From positions 73,635-137,634 of the forward strand of contig JAKVLB010000002.1 in NCBI GenBank assembly GCA_022484595.1: a stretch of 64,000 nt of DNA, in the 5' to 3' direction. Shown here piece after piece: positions 26,960-36,327 of this stretch (positions within the stretch are counted from its first letter, which is position 1; each line of letters starts with the position of its first letter). The position numbers and the translations under genes are program-made. The stretch is from Mageeibacillus sp. GTDB lineage: Bacteria; Bacillota; Clostridia; Saccharofermentanales; Saccharofermentanaceae. A model generated the notes under the pieces. It did not search any database. It was not told the DNA's origin and was given only the letters and a program-made list of their open reading frames with translations.

Positions 26960-28810
26960 TTAAGCATCCCTCTTTGATTTGGATATTGTCTTCGCTCTCA
27001 GGTCATTGCTGAGAATCTTCTTTCTCAGACGGATGCTCTTAGGCGTAACTTCGCAAAGCTCATCATCCTCGACAAACTCAAGGCACTGCTCAAGGCTGAA
27101 AGAAAGCGGAGGTGTGAGACGCATGGCATCGTCGCTTCCCGCTGCACGCATGTTTGTAACGTGCTTCTTCTTGCAGACATTCACGGTAATATCTTCAGGC
27201 TTAGGATTAACACCTACAATCATGCCCTCGTATACTTCAGTGCCGGCTCCGATGAAGAGCTGTCCTCTGTCCTGGGCGTTGAACAATCCGTAGGTCATCG
27301 CAGTACCGCTCTCAAAGGCGATAATTACGCCCTCTCCGCGTGTTGCAATCTCTCCGACGAACGGCTCAAAGCCGTTAATTACGCTGTTCATTATACCATT
27401 GCCCTTAGTGTCGGTCAAAAACTCGGTACGGTATCCGAGAAGTCCTCTTGAAGGGATTCTGAACTCAAGTCTTGTATAACCCTTGCTAGGAGGAAGCATA
27501 TTCACAAGCTCACCCTTACGGCCGCCGAGCTTCTCCATAACAGGTCCGACGAAATCCTCCGGAACATCAATCACAAGGTCTTCAACAGGCTCGTTAAGAA
27601 CTCCGTCTATCTCCTTCATGATAACCTTAGGCTTTGACACCTGGAACTCATAGCCCTCACGTCTCATCGTCTCAATAAGGACTGATATATGAAGCTCGCC
27701 TCTGCCCTTTACTATAAAGGCTTCGGTTGTATCTGTCTCTTCAACCCTCATGGAAACGTTTGTCTCAATTTCCTTGAAAAGTCTGTCTCTCAAATGCCTT
27801 GAAGTTACATACTTGCCTTCTCTTCCTGCGAAAGGTGAATCGTTGACAGAGAATGTCATGGCAATTGTAGGCTCATCAATATCGACGAAAGGAATAGGCT
27901 CAGGCTGTGTGGCATCGCAGAGCGTGTCACCGATATTGATATCGGGGATTCCCGCTACGCAGACAATCTCGCCGATTGAAGCCTCTGTGACTTCCTCTCT
28001 GCCGAGATTGTGATATCTCATCAGCTTTACGACCTTAGCAGATCTCTTGCCGTCTTTGCCGTAAGTAACAAGGGCTACGTTCTCGCCCTGTCTTATGGTG
28101 CCGCGCTCAACTCTTCCTACGCCGATTCTTCCGACATATGGATCTGAATCGATATTGGATACGAGAAGCTGCATCGGAGCATCGGGATCACCTACAGGAC
28201 ACGGTGTATTGGCAACAACAGCATCAAGAAGCGGTGTGAAGTCAAGGCTCTTGCCTTCTTCAAACTCCTTGAGATCCGTTGTTGCAACGCAGGTCTTGCC
28301 TGATGTATAGATTATAGGGAATTCAAGCTGATCTTCATCGGCTCCAAGCTCAATGAACAGATCAAGAACCATATCTACGACCTGAACAGGGCGTGCTTCC
28401 GGACGGTCAATCTTGTTAATCGCGACGATAGGGCGAAGTCCAAGCTCAAGGGCCTTGCGAAGTACGAATCTTGTCTGAGGCATCGGGCCGTCGAAAGCAT
28501 CAACCACAAGGAGAACGGCGTCAACCATCTTGAGCACACGCTCAACTTCTCCGCCGAAATCCGCGTGACCTGGAGTGTCTACGACATTAATACGTATACC
28601 CTTGTAATCGATGGCAGTATTCTTAGCAAGGATTGTGATTCCGCGCTCACGTTCCAGGTCGTTGCTGTCCATGACCTGCTCGACAATCTCTTCGTTGTCG
28701 CGGTAAATTCCCGCCTGCTTGAGCATCGAATCCACGATTGTAGTCTTGCCGTGGTCGACGTGGGCAATAATTGCGATATTACGCATATTCTCTATCTTTG
28801 TAACTGCCAT
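26960..28810 (-). CDS. typA: Translational GTPase TypA/BipA
   Basis: RNIAIIAHVDHGKTT, DTPGHADFGGEVER, GRGELH and PKSIRLRK. Confidence 0.98.
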   Translation of the reverse strand: MAVTKIENMRNIAIIAHVDHGKTTIVDSMLKQAGIYRDNEEIVEQVMDSNDLERERGITILAKNTAIDYKGIRINVVDTPGHADFGGEVERVLKMVDAVLLVVDAFDGPMPQTRFVLRKALELGLRPIVAINKIDRPEARPVQVVDMVLDLFIELGADEDQLEFPIIYTSGKTCVATTDLKEFEEGKSLDFTPLLDAVVANTPCPVGDPDAPMQLLVSNIDSDPYVGRIGVGRVERGTIRQGENVALVTYGKDGKRSAKVVKLMRYHNLGREEVTEASIGEIVCVAGIPDINIGDTLCDATQPEPIPFVDIDEPTIAMTFSVNDSPFAGREGKYVTSRHLRDRLFKEIETNVSMRVEETDTTEAFIVKGRGELHISVLIETMRREGYEFQVSKPKVIMKEIDGVLNEPVEDLVIDVPEDFVGPVMEKLGGRKGELVNMLPPSKGYTRLEFRIPSRGLLGYRTEFLTDTKGNGIMNSVINGFEPFVGEIATRGEGVIIAFESGTAMTYGLFNAQDRGQLFIGAGTEVYEGMIVGVNPKPEDITVNVCKKKHVTNMRAAGSDDAMRLTPPLSFSLEQCLEFVEDDELCEVTPKSIRLRKKILSNDLRAKTISKSKRDA

Positions 28811-28920
28811 AAAAAGCTCCTCTGCTTATTGTTTCCGATAAATACTCACACTAAAAATAAACCGCTACTATTTTGCTACTCGCGCAGCAACTATACGCAC
28901 TGTCATTTTCAACAAATAAT

Positions 28921-30252
28921 TCAGTTGTCTTCACCGTTTTTGTTTCTAAGTAGCAAACGAATCGGCACGCCTTCAAATCCGAAATTCTTACGCAGCTGAT
29001 TTTCAAGATAACGCTCGTAAGAAAAATGCGACAGTTTCTTATCGTTCACGAAGAGTGCGAACGTCGGCGGCTTGACCGCAACCTGAGTACCGTAGTAGAT
29101 CTTCAAATGTTTGCCCTTGTCCTGCGGCGTCGGAACCATAGTCACCGCTTCGGTAATCATCTGATTCAGAACACCTGTTGTCAGACGTTTGCCGGCGTTA
29201 TCGCTGACCTCCTTAATCTTCTCGAAAAGCTTGTCAACGCGCTGTCCGGTTTTCGCTGATATGAATATCACCGGTGCGTATGCCATAAACGGAAATTTAT
29301 CTCTGACTATCTTTGTCATGGCTTCCATGGTGCCGGTCGCCTTGTCCACAAGATCCCACTTGTTTACGACAATTACCGAGGCTTTCCCTGAGTCGTGCGC
29401 AAGGCCGGCGATTCTTGTATCCTGCTCCGTAACTCCTTCCAAAGCGTCAATCAGGATTACGCAGACATCGGCACGTTCAATCGCGGAAAGTGCCCTGACC
29501 ATCGAATATCTCTCGATGACATCCTCAATTTTGCCTTTCTTGCGCATGCCCGCAGTATCGACAATCGTGAATTTACCGTTGGCGTTCTCAATTTCAGTAT
29601 CGATTGTGTCACGGGTTGTTCCGGCTATGTCAGACACAATGCTTCTGTTCTGTCCTATCATCTTGTTCGCAAGCGAAGACTTGCCCGCGTTAGGACGGCC
29701 TATCAGCGCAACTCTCACCGAATCCGCATCGCCGTCGCCCTCTTCTTCCGACGGAAAGTGCTCGAAAACCATGTCGAGCATCTCACCCAGTCCCAGCTTC
29801 TGAGCAGCGGAAATTCCGCAGACATTCTCAAGTCCGAGATTGTAAAACTCATAGAATTCCGGCGGCGGTGCACCGACAAAATCCATCTTGTTCACAACTA
29901 CCACGACCGGGCGTTTGGCCTTGCGAAGCATTATCGCAATCTCTTCATCGGCGGCCGTAAGTCCGGACTTGATATCGCAGAGAAACAAAATAACATCTGC
30001 TGTCTCAATCGCTATCTCCGCCTGAATACGCATCTGCTTCAGAATAATATCTTCATCGTTTCCCGGTTCAATACCGCCGGTATCGATTATCATGAAATCT
30101 CTGCCACGCCACTGCGCCTGCGCATAGATTCTGTCGCGGGTAACTCCCGGAGTATCATGCACGATTGATATGCGCTCGCCGTACAAAGTGTTGAACAGGC
30201 TTGATTTACCAACGTTAGGCCGCCCCACTATCGCTACAACGGGTTTGCTCAT
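28921..30252 (-). CDS. der: Ribosome biogenesis GTPase Der (EngA)
   Basis: Two GTPase domains (GRPNVGKS; GRPNAGKS) plus a KH-like C-terminus (PPTF). Confidence 0.98.
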   Translation of the reverse strand: MSKPVVAIVGRPNVGKSSLFNTLYGERISIVHDTPGVTRDRIYAQAQWRGRDFMIIDTGGIEPGNDEDIILKQMRIQAEIAIETADVILFLCDIKSGLTAADEEIAIMLRKAKRPVVVVVNKMDFVGAPPPEFYEFYNLGLENVCGISAAQKLGLGEMLDMVFEHFPSEEEGDGDADSVRVALIGRPNAGKSSLANKMIGQNRSIVSDIAGTTRDTIDTEIENANGKFTIVDTAGMRKKGKIEDVIERYSMVRALSAIERADVCVILIDALEGVTEQDTRIAGLAHDSGKASVIVVNKWDLVDKATGTMEAMTKIVRDKFPFMAYAPVIFISAKTGQRVDKLFEKIKEVSDNAGKRLTTGVLNQMITEAVTMVPTPQDKGKHLKIYYGTQVAVKPPTFALFVNDKKLSHFSYERYLENQLRKNFGFEGVPIRLLLRNKNGEDN

Positions 30253-30277
30253 ATAAGTCCTCGTCTTTCTTTAGCAT

Positions 30278-30313
30278 AAAAAAAGGCAGCGTCTTTCAAT
30301 ACAACACTGCCTT
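30278..30313 (-). terminator. Intrinsic terminator after rpmF
   Basis: AAGGCAGUGU/ACGCUGCCUU stem followed by a U-run on the minus strand. Confidence 0.7.
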
Positions 30314-30334
30314 CGTTTAAATGATGTCTTTATC

Positions 30335-30520
30335 TCAGATCTCGTCGCCGACTTTGATAACCTGTTTTCCATCCAGGTAACCGCAGTTCTTGCAAACAGT
30401 GCGGCGAAGCATCTTAGCATGACACTGGGGACATTCTACAAAACCCGGCATGTTAAGTTTCCATGCGCTTCTATGACGAGAAGTCCTTGCCTTCGACCAT
30501 TTACGCTTCGGATGTGCCAT
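30335..30520 (-). CDS. rpmF: 50S ribosomal protein L32
   Basis: MAHPKRKWSKART..R, CPQC and VCKNCGY zinc-ribbon motifs. Confidence 0.97.
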   Translation of the reverse strand: MAHPKRKWSKARTSRHRSAWKLNMPGFVECPQCHAKMLRRTVCKNCGYLDGKQVIKVGDEI

Positions 30521-30569
30521 TTGTCTTCACCTCCTATACCTTTCTCAAACAATGCTTGAAGATAATACA

Positions 30570-30983
30570 TTATATTTTTGGGTTTTGCAAGAGCTTTTTT
30601 ATCGAAAATAAATTTTTTATCGGCTCATTGCTTCCCGAGTCAAGAGTATAACTTATCTCGAGCGCTTCGGCAAGCACCGAAGGCGCATTTATATAGTGTG
30701 TATTTATATCTATCTCGATAACGCCGTATACCGTATCGAGAGAGCCCTTGGTCGGTCTTCCGGTATCAAACGTCATAACCGACGACATATCGCCGCTTCT
30801 TATAACTTCAGTCACGCCGGTTGCCTTATCAAAGGTAAACTCGAATTCTGAAGGATTCTCTTTCTCGCCGTGCTTCTCGGTCCACCTGTAGCGCAGAACT
30901 CTGTCGTCCTCTTCACAGCTGCCTGCGGCAAAAATCGGCTCACCATACATCCCGCTCTTAATCTCGAAAAAGCAATTGTCCAT
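30570..30983 (-). CDS. DUF1934-like beta-barrel protein
   Basis: LRYRW.E, VIRSGDMSSVMTF, T.YG.I and LEISY.L pattern. Start placed at MDNCFF. Confidence 0.7.
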   Translation of the reverse strand: MDNCFFEIKSGMYGEPIFAAGSCEEDDRVLRYRWTEKHGEKENPSEFEFTFDKATGVTEVIRSGDMSSVMTFDTGRPTKGSLDTVYGVIEIDINTHYINAPSVLAEALEISYTLDSGSNEPIKNLFSIKKLLQNPKI

Positions 30984-30988
30984 ATATC

Positions 30989-31825
30989 TCACCCGTTTAC
31001 TTCATATCTGTCTGTAGAGAAATGTCTCGTTCCTGCCGGAAGTCCGCTGCCAAGGAACGGCGATGCCACCGCTTCGAACATCTCAGGTTCATCACTTGTA
31101 TAGAATTCTTTCGCCGAATCGCAGCCCTGAGCCCTGATATCCATGGACTCAAGCACGTTTCTGACAGTCTGTGCCGTCGCTACGCCTGTGTTTACAAGCT
31201 TAACCGACTCACCCATCACTTTCTGGATAACGTTTGCAAGGAGCGGATAGTGCGTACATCCGAGAACGAGCGTATCAACTCCTGCATCCTTGAGCGGCTT
31301 AAGATATTCCTCGGCCGTCAGCTTTGTAACTTCGGTATCCCACCAGCCTTCTTCGGCAAGCGATACAAACAGCGGACATGCCTTCTGTGTTATCTCAAGA
31401 CTGCCAAGTCCAAGAGACTCTGCCGCAGACTCGACTGCCGTCTTATATACGCCTGTCGAAACAGTCGCATTTGTGGCGATTATTCCTATTCTGCCGTTGT
31501 GAGTCGCCCTGCAGGCCGCTGCCGCACCCGGCGTAACAACCTCAACGACGGGAACATCAGCGGCCGCCTTAAGTGCTTCATAAGCATAGGCACTGGCGGT
31601 ATTGCAGGCAACGACAATCATCTTCACATTTTTGCTCTCAAGAAATTTAAGGTTCTGAAGAGAATATCTGATAACGGTACTTTTCGACTTCGTGCCGTAA
31701 GGCGCCCTTGAATTATCTCCGAAATATACAGTGCTCTCGCCGGGGCATGCCGCCCAGATCTCGCGCAGCACGGTAAGTCCGCCGATACCTGAATCAAATA
31801 CTCCAATAGGTCTGTTGTCCTGCAT
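30989..31825 (-). CDS. murI: Glutamate racemase
   Basis: IGVFDSGIGGLTV, APYGTKS, VACNTAS and LGCTHYP. Confidence 0.97.
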   Translation of the reverse strand: MQDNRPIGVFDSGIGGLTVLREIWAACPGESTVYFGDNSRAPYGTKSKSTVIRYSLQNLKFLESKNVKMIVVACNTASAYAYEALKAAADVPVVEVVTPGAAAACRATHNGRIGIIATNATVSTGVYKTAVESAAESLGLGSLEITQKACPLFVSLAEEGWWDTEVTKLTAEEYLKPLKDAGVDTLVLGCTHYPLLANVIQKVMGESVKLVNTGVATAQTVRNVLESMDIRAQGCDSAKEFYTSDEPEMFEAVASPFLGSGLPAGTRHFSTDRYEVNG

Positions 31826-31839
31826 AAATACCTCTTAAA

Positions 31840-32904
31840 TCACTTCTCTATGCCCAGCGACTCAAAGTCAAGTTCAAACGCCGGTTCAATCTTAAATACC
31901 TTTCCGGATATGTCGGTATGGCAGTTTCCGGGCATAACATCGCCGATTTTGATTCTCGTCGAATACAGCTGCTGATGCCTGAGTTTTCCTCCGCCTTTGG
32001 CTCTGAAAAAGGTATTGATTCTGTTGCGGCCGTAATTTCCGTCGCCAAGTACAGGATACCCTAAATGAGCAAGATGTGCTCTGATCTGATGTGTCCTTCC
32101 CGTTACAAGCTCACACTCGATGAGCGAGAAGTCCGTACCCTGAGGTCCCTTGCCCTTATAAGTCTTAAGAACATGATATCGCGTGGTAATCGGCAGATCG
32201 TGCGGCTGCTGCGCATCGTGAATGTACACCTCTCCGGCCTTTGTCTTCTCGAGGAAAGCCGACACCTCATACATTACGGTGTCGTCATCGCATACAACCC
32301 CTGTTCCCACATCAGGAACGCCGTAGACCAGCGCATGATAGCGTTTGGTGACCTTCTTGTCTCTGAAGAGCGCGACGGCGTCTTCAAGCGCGCGCTTGTT
32401 TTTCGCGACCATCACAAGGCCGCCGGTATTCATGTCAATCCTGTGGCACAGCTCGGCGTCCCTGTATTTTGTCTGCGCCCTGATAAGGTCTATCAGATTG
32501 TCCTCATCGGCATTTTTTCCCGAATGTACCGCAATACCCTGCGCTTTGTTGATTATCAGCAGCCCCTTTGTCTCAAAAGCAATCTCGTACGGCTTATTCT
32601 CAGCATCGCTGACTCCGCGCCCGCTGACCGACTGCGTCTGTTTTGCATTATGCTGTCCTTGCGGCGATTGTACCGGCTTTTTTCCGCCGGGCTGTCTCCC
32701 GAAAAGCTCATCCGGAAGCCATATCTCAACTTCGTCATCCGCCTTGACCGCGACATCTGAAGCTATCCTTTTACCGTTTATTCTTATATCCTTGCGCTTG
32801 AGAGCATGGAACAGTTCCTTTGACTCCAGCGCGGGAAAGACTTCCTGTGCGGCTTTCACCACATGTTTTCCGTCCTGACTTCTGCTGACTGAGAATTTAC
32901 GCAT
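31840..32904 (-). CDS. RluA/RluC family pseudouridine synthase (S4 domain)
   Basis: S4-like N-terminus, INKAQGIAVH, catalytic HRIDMNTGG, and TGRTHQIRAHLA..G.PVLGD..Y. Confidence 0.93.
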   Translation of the reverse strand: MRKFSVSRSQDGKHVVKAAQEVFPALESKELFHALKRKDIRINGKRIASDVAVKADDEVEIWLPDELFGRQPGGKKPVQSPQGQHNAKQTQSVSGRGVSDAENKPYEIAFETKGLLIINKAQGIAVHSGKNADEDNLIDLIRAQTKYRDAELCHRIDMNTGGLVMVAKNKRALEDAVALFRDKKVTKRYHALVYGVPDVGTGVVCDDDTVMYEVSAFLEKTKAGEVYIHDAQQPHDLPITTRYHVLKTYKGKGPQGTDFSLIECELVTGRTHQIRAHLAHLGYPVLGDGNYGRNRINTFFRAKGGGKLRHQQLYSTRIKIGDVMPGNCHTDISGKVFKIEPAFELDFESLGIEK

Positions 32905-32988
32905 AATACCTTACCTTATTTTCCGCAAAACTTTACGTGATGCAGTACCGTTCCGCCTGACATAAACAAGAGCCTTGCAAAACCGGTC

Positions 32989-33021
32989 AAAAAAAGCCCG
33001 CTTTGTTTGACGAAAGCGGGC
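32989..33021 (-). terminator. Intrinsic terminator after tRNA-Gln
   Basis: GCCCGCUUU/AAAGCGGGC 9-bp stem with a U7 tail on the minus strand. Confidence 0.85.
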
Positions 33022-33032
33022 CTTAATTCGAA

Positions 33033-33106
33033 TGGCTGCCGAACAAGGATTCGAACCTTGACTAGCGGTGTCAGAGGCCGATGTGCTACCATTACACCAT
33101 TCGGCA
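33033..33106 (-). tRNA. tRNA-Gln (anticodon CTG), CCA encoded
   Basis: Acceptor stem TGCCGAA/TTCGGCA, D arm, anticodon loop CTCTGAC, T arm CAAGG-TTCGAAT-CCTTG, 3' GCCA. Confidence 0.95.
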
Positions 33107-33127
33107 GTGTTGTTTTGCAACGCAAGA

Positions 33128-33156
33128 ACTATATCATAAGGCTTGAACAAAATCAA
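33128..33156 (-). promoter_or_regulatory. sigma-A promoter for tRNA-Gln
   Basis: TTGATT-N17-TATAGT with extended -10 TG. Confidence 0.65.
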
Positions 33157-33184
33157 CATTAAAATTGGCCCGGCTTTTCTGAAC

Positions 33185-33772
33185 TTATTCGAGACAGCCG
33201 AGTTCAACCAGCTTCTCTTTTACTTTGCCCATATCCTCATAAATCGGGATTTTGTTGGCAGGATTGCGTAGAGCATACGCCGGGTGGTAGGTGGTCATGA
33301 TGTAGTAACCCTTTTTCTCGACGAAGAAGCCGCGGACATCCTTCATAACCGGCTTAACCCCGAAGAATCCTTCGTAGGCGGTAGAACCGCAGAGAAGTAT
33401 CACCTTTGGGGCGGCCATGATGAACTGTCTCGCGAAAAGCGGCTTGCAGGCCTTGATTTCAGCCGGAGTCGGCCGACGGTTCTCAGGCGGACGGCATTTG
33501 ACTATGTTGCAGATGTGATAGTCGCTTTCTTTTATGCCGTAGCTGCCGAGAAGGTTCTGAAGAAGCTCTCCTGACTGGCCGACAAAGGGTTTGCCCTCAA
33601 GATCCTCGTTCCTTCCCGGAGCCTCGCCGACAATCATCAGCGGCGCCGTGCGGCTTCCGCGATATATGACGACATTGTTTGCGCCGGCGCGCAGATCGCA
33701 TTTGTGGCAATCGCGGCAGCTTGTCTCGAACGCATCCCATTTTGTATCGAATTCATTATTACTGTCTGACAT
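33185..33772 (-). CDS. Uracil-DNA glycosylase family 4 ([4Fe-4S])
   Basis: C..C..C.L, VGEAPG..ED..G.PFVG.SG, NIVKCRPPENR.P and TYHPAY.LR. Confidence 0.95.
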   Translation of the reverse strand: MSDSNNEFDTKWDAFETSCRDCHKCDLRAGANNVVIYRGSRTAPLMIVGEAPGRNEDLEGKPFVGQSGELLQNLLGSYGIKESDYHICNIVKCRPPENRRPTPAEIKACKPLFARQFIMAAPKVILLCGSTAYEGFFGVKPVMKDVRGFFVEKKGYYIMTTYHPAYALRNPANKIPIYEDMGKVKEKLVELGCLE

Positions 33773-33806
33773 TTCATGTCCTCCCGGTTTCTATTGACAT
33801 ATCAAG

Positions 33807-34145
33807 CTATCTGAACATGACAACGGTAATGCCGTCGTTGCTTCGTCCCCAGTCGCAGTCGCGTGAGATCTCCGGATGCGCGGCGGACATGGCGCGGGCG
33901 GATTCTGAGAACGGACCGAAGTCTTCTCCGGGGCAGAAGTTTACGATTACTCTCCTCAGACAGTATCTGCGAAGCTCTGCCGCAAGCGCGGATTTGATGG
34001 CACCGCCGTTGCCTGACGAGCCGTAGCCGTGAATGATTTTCGCGAACGGCTTCCCTGTGGCTCGGGCCCGGCAGAGTCCGTTGTTAAGACGCTGCATGGC
34101 TATAGGAACCTGCGGATGACCTTGTTCTATATTAATTGTTTCCAT
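33807..34145 (-). CDS. Stand-alone Smr domain protein
   Basis: KIIHGYGSSG.GG.IK and C-terminal N.GITVV Smr motifs in a 112-aa protein with no MutS2 body. Confidence 0.85.
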   Translation of the reverse strand: METINIEQGHPQVPIAMQRLNNGLCRARATGKPFAKIIHGYGSSGNGGAIKSALAAELRRYCLRRVIVNFCPGEDFGPFSESARAMSAAHPEISRDCDWGRSNDGITVVMFR

Positions 34146-34173
34146 AAACAGCAGTTCCTCTTCAAAAAGATTG

Positions 34174-34223
34174 ATAGCCTGATTATAACCTATATGCCTT
34201 GCGATAGGTTATAATCAGGCTAT
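34174..34223. repeat. Perfect 20-bp-arm inverted repeat forming a symmetric divergent promoter
   Basis: ATAGCCTGATTATAACCTAT-N10-ATAGGTTATAATCAGGCTAT. Each arm contains an outward-facing TATAAT. Confidence 0.9.
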
Positions 34224-34944
34224 GAGACTTGATAAATTACTTGCAAATTCGGGAATAGGAACCAGAAGTGACGTTCGCAGAATGATTGCGCGCGGTCTGG
34301 TAAAGGTCAACGGCACCGTCGTAGTCAAGGCTGACTTTGCGGTGTCTGACAGTGATGCGGTCGAGTGCGCAGATCAGGCGGTATGCTCCGCGGATAAGCT
34401 TTATTTTCTTCTTGATAAGCCTGATGAGGTGCTTACCGCGATGGAAGACCCGAGACTCAGGAATGTCGGTGATTTTATTCCGGACAGACTCAAAGGCAGG
34501 AAGCTGGCGCCGGTCGGCAGGCTTGATTACCACACGACGGGAGCACTGATAATCACCAACGACGGTACGCTTTCACACAGACTGCAATCGCCGAAGTATA
34601 AGATTCCGAAGGTTTACCTTGTGACATTTATCGGAAGCGCATGGACAGCGGCCGAGGTTAACGAAGTTGCCGAAGGAACCGTACTTACGGATAAGGATAT
34701 TCCGTGCAAGACAGCAGGGGCGAAGGTATTCGTCAGGGACAATATCCATGCGACCATCACGCTTACCGAAGGCAAGACGCATGAAGTGCGCAGAATTTTC
34801 GCTCACTACAACAAAGAAGTAACTGCACTGAGAAGAATCTCACTAGGTGATATTGTTATAGCGGATGATGACACAAATACAGGTGATATGAGGGAACTCA
34901 CAGGCGACGAAGTGGCAAAGCTGCTCACATCGGTCGGACTGTAA
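34222..34944 (+). CDS. RsuA/RluB family pseudouridine synthase
   Basis: MRLDKLL S4 domain, DKP, catalytic GRLDYHTTG..I.TNDG, and EGKTHEVRR. Confidence 0.94.
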   Translation: MRLDKLLANSGIGTRSDVRRMIARGLVKVNGTVVVKADFAVSDSDAVECADQAVCSADKLYFLLDKPDEVLTAMEDPRLRNVGDFIPDRLKGRKLAPVGRLDYHTTGALIITNDGTLSHRLQSPKYKIPKVYLVTFIGSAWTAAEVNEVAEGTVLTDKDIPCKTAGAKVFVRDNIHATITLTEGKTHEVRRIFAHYNKEVTALRRISLGDIVIADDDTNTGDMRELTGDEVAKLLTSVGL

Positions 34945-34963
34945 ATATCATTTACAGTCCGTC

Positions 34964-36295
34964 TCAGATTGCGTCACCAAGCACCGCAATCATAACCTTC
35001 TCACAGGTCGCGACATCCGTCGTGTCACAGTACATTCCGATAACGACAGACGGCGCGGAATCCGGCCAGAGATTCGTATATCCGAGCTTCTTTATCATGT
35101 CGGGGTCTGTAATTTCAAGACCCACCATCACCGGAGTATCGCTGTAATCAGAAGCATCCTCGATATCCTTGTTTATAACATTATCTTCGATGTAAGAGTT
35201 CGACAGCTCAACAGAGTCGCGCTCGCTCATATAGACAGGCTTTAACGAGTCGTAGACATCCTTGGGCAGGTAATCCTTAAGGTCATCGTAAACAGTCGAC
35301 ATATCTGCAAGATAAGAAAAGTAATAGCCGTAAGTCTGATCGTCGGTGACAATCATATCCGGAGAAGATGACATAACTGCCGCGAAAGTCTGATCGGCAT
35401 AGGCATTGCTGCTCTGGTTCTGATCGTTGGGAACAACGATATCCACAGACGTTACATATGGTTTTGTATAACCTTCAGCTGTAAGGCTCGCAGTCATGTT
35501 CGTGTTGTCGTAATCAAAATGTCCGAACGATACAACAGAGCAGTCATAAGCCTTTGTAAAGAATATCTGCTTCACAAGAAGGAACGCGCACACTGCCGCT
35601 ATCGCGATTATCAGCCAGCGTAACCATGTGTAGGAAAAATAGGTCTTCCATTCAGACGCATTCTTTCCTAAAAATTTCCGGCGTGAAGCGTTAATCTGCG
35701 TCTCTTTGCGCACTTCGTCACGCCTTCCGCATGCTATGTCATACGCACATGAAACATCGGCAAGCTTCTGCTCGGATTCCGGTGTATCGTCACCGCGGTA
35801 ACGCTTCGACAACTGCCAGAATTTCTCGTCTATCGCAAAATCATTGGCATCATCTTTGAGACCAAGATAGCTGACCGCCTCCTCACGGGACATCTGTAAA
35901 ATCTCCGGTGACGGCTTGAAAACCTTTGGAATTTCAGCTTTAGCTTCATCAAGATTTGCGGCATCAAGACAGACAAATCTGTCATTGAGCTTAAGGGAAT
36001 CAAATCCCCGGATTCCACCGACAAAAACGGTCTTATGAAGACCTGCGGCTTCAAGTGCCGGAACAAGAATCTTGCGCCCCCATCTTACGTCGTTGTCGCA
36101 TAAATGTTCCGGCATATTGCCGTCTACAATCACAGAGTCACACTCATGCTTACGGATAAGCTCGGAAGTGTGCATCAGCAACGTCTTGTAATCGGTGTCC
36201 TTTGCGATTTCGCTGCCCTTCCATACAAGACAGAGCGTGTTTCTTTCCTTAAGGTAGCTGACAGACATTACGTCTGATTCATATTCTTCAGTCAT
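34964..36295 (-). CDS. Multidomain bitopic membrane protein (STAS/SpoIIAA-like + J-like + TM + solute-binding-like)
   Basis: Cytoplasmic aa 10-125 form an alpha/beta domain. aa 135-190 (EEAVSYLGL...KFWQLSKRY..D...KLADVSCAYD) are J-domain-like. TM at aa ~224-245, followed by an acidic extracellular region. Confidence 0.55.
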   Translation of the reverse strand: MTEEYESDVMSVSYLKERNTLCLVWKGSEIAKDTDYKTLLMHTSELIRKHECDSVIVDGNMPEHLCDNDVRWGRKILVPALEAAGLHKTVFVGGIRGFDSLKLNDRFVCLDAANLDEAKAEIPKVFKPSPEILQMSREEAVSYLGLKDDANDFAIDEKFWQLSKRYRGDDTPESEQKLADVSCAYDIACGRRDEVRKETQINASRRKFLGKNASEWKTYFSYTWLRWLIIAIAAVCAFLLVKQIFFTKAYDCSVVSFGHFDYDNTNMTASLTAEGYTKPYVTSVDIVVPNDQNQSSNAYADQTFAAVMSSSPDMIVTDDQTYGYYFSYLADMSTVYDDLKDYLPKDVYDSLKPVYMSERDSVELSNSYIEDNVINKDIEDASDYSDTPVMVGLEITDPDMIKKLGYTNLWPDSAPSVVIGMYCDTTDVATCEKVMIAVLGDAI

Positions 36296-36327
36296 TTGCT
36301 ATTCAAGTGCCTTCCCGGTTATTCTGT

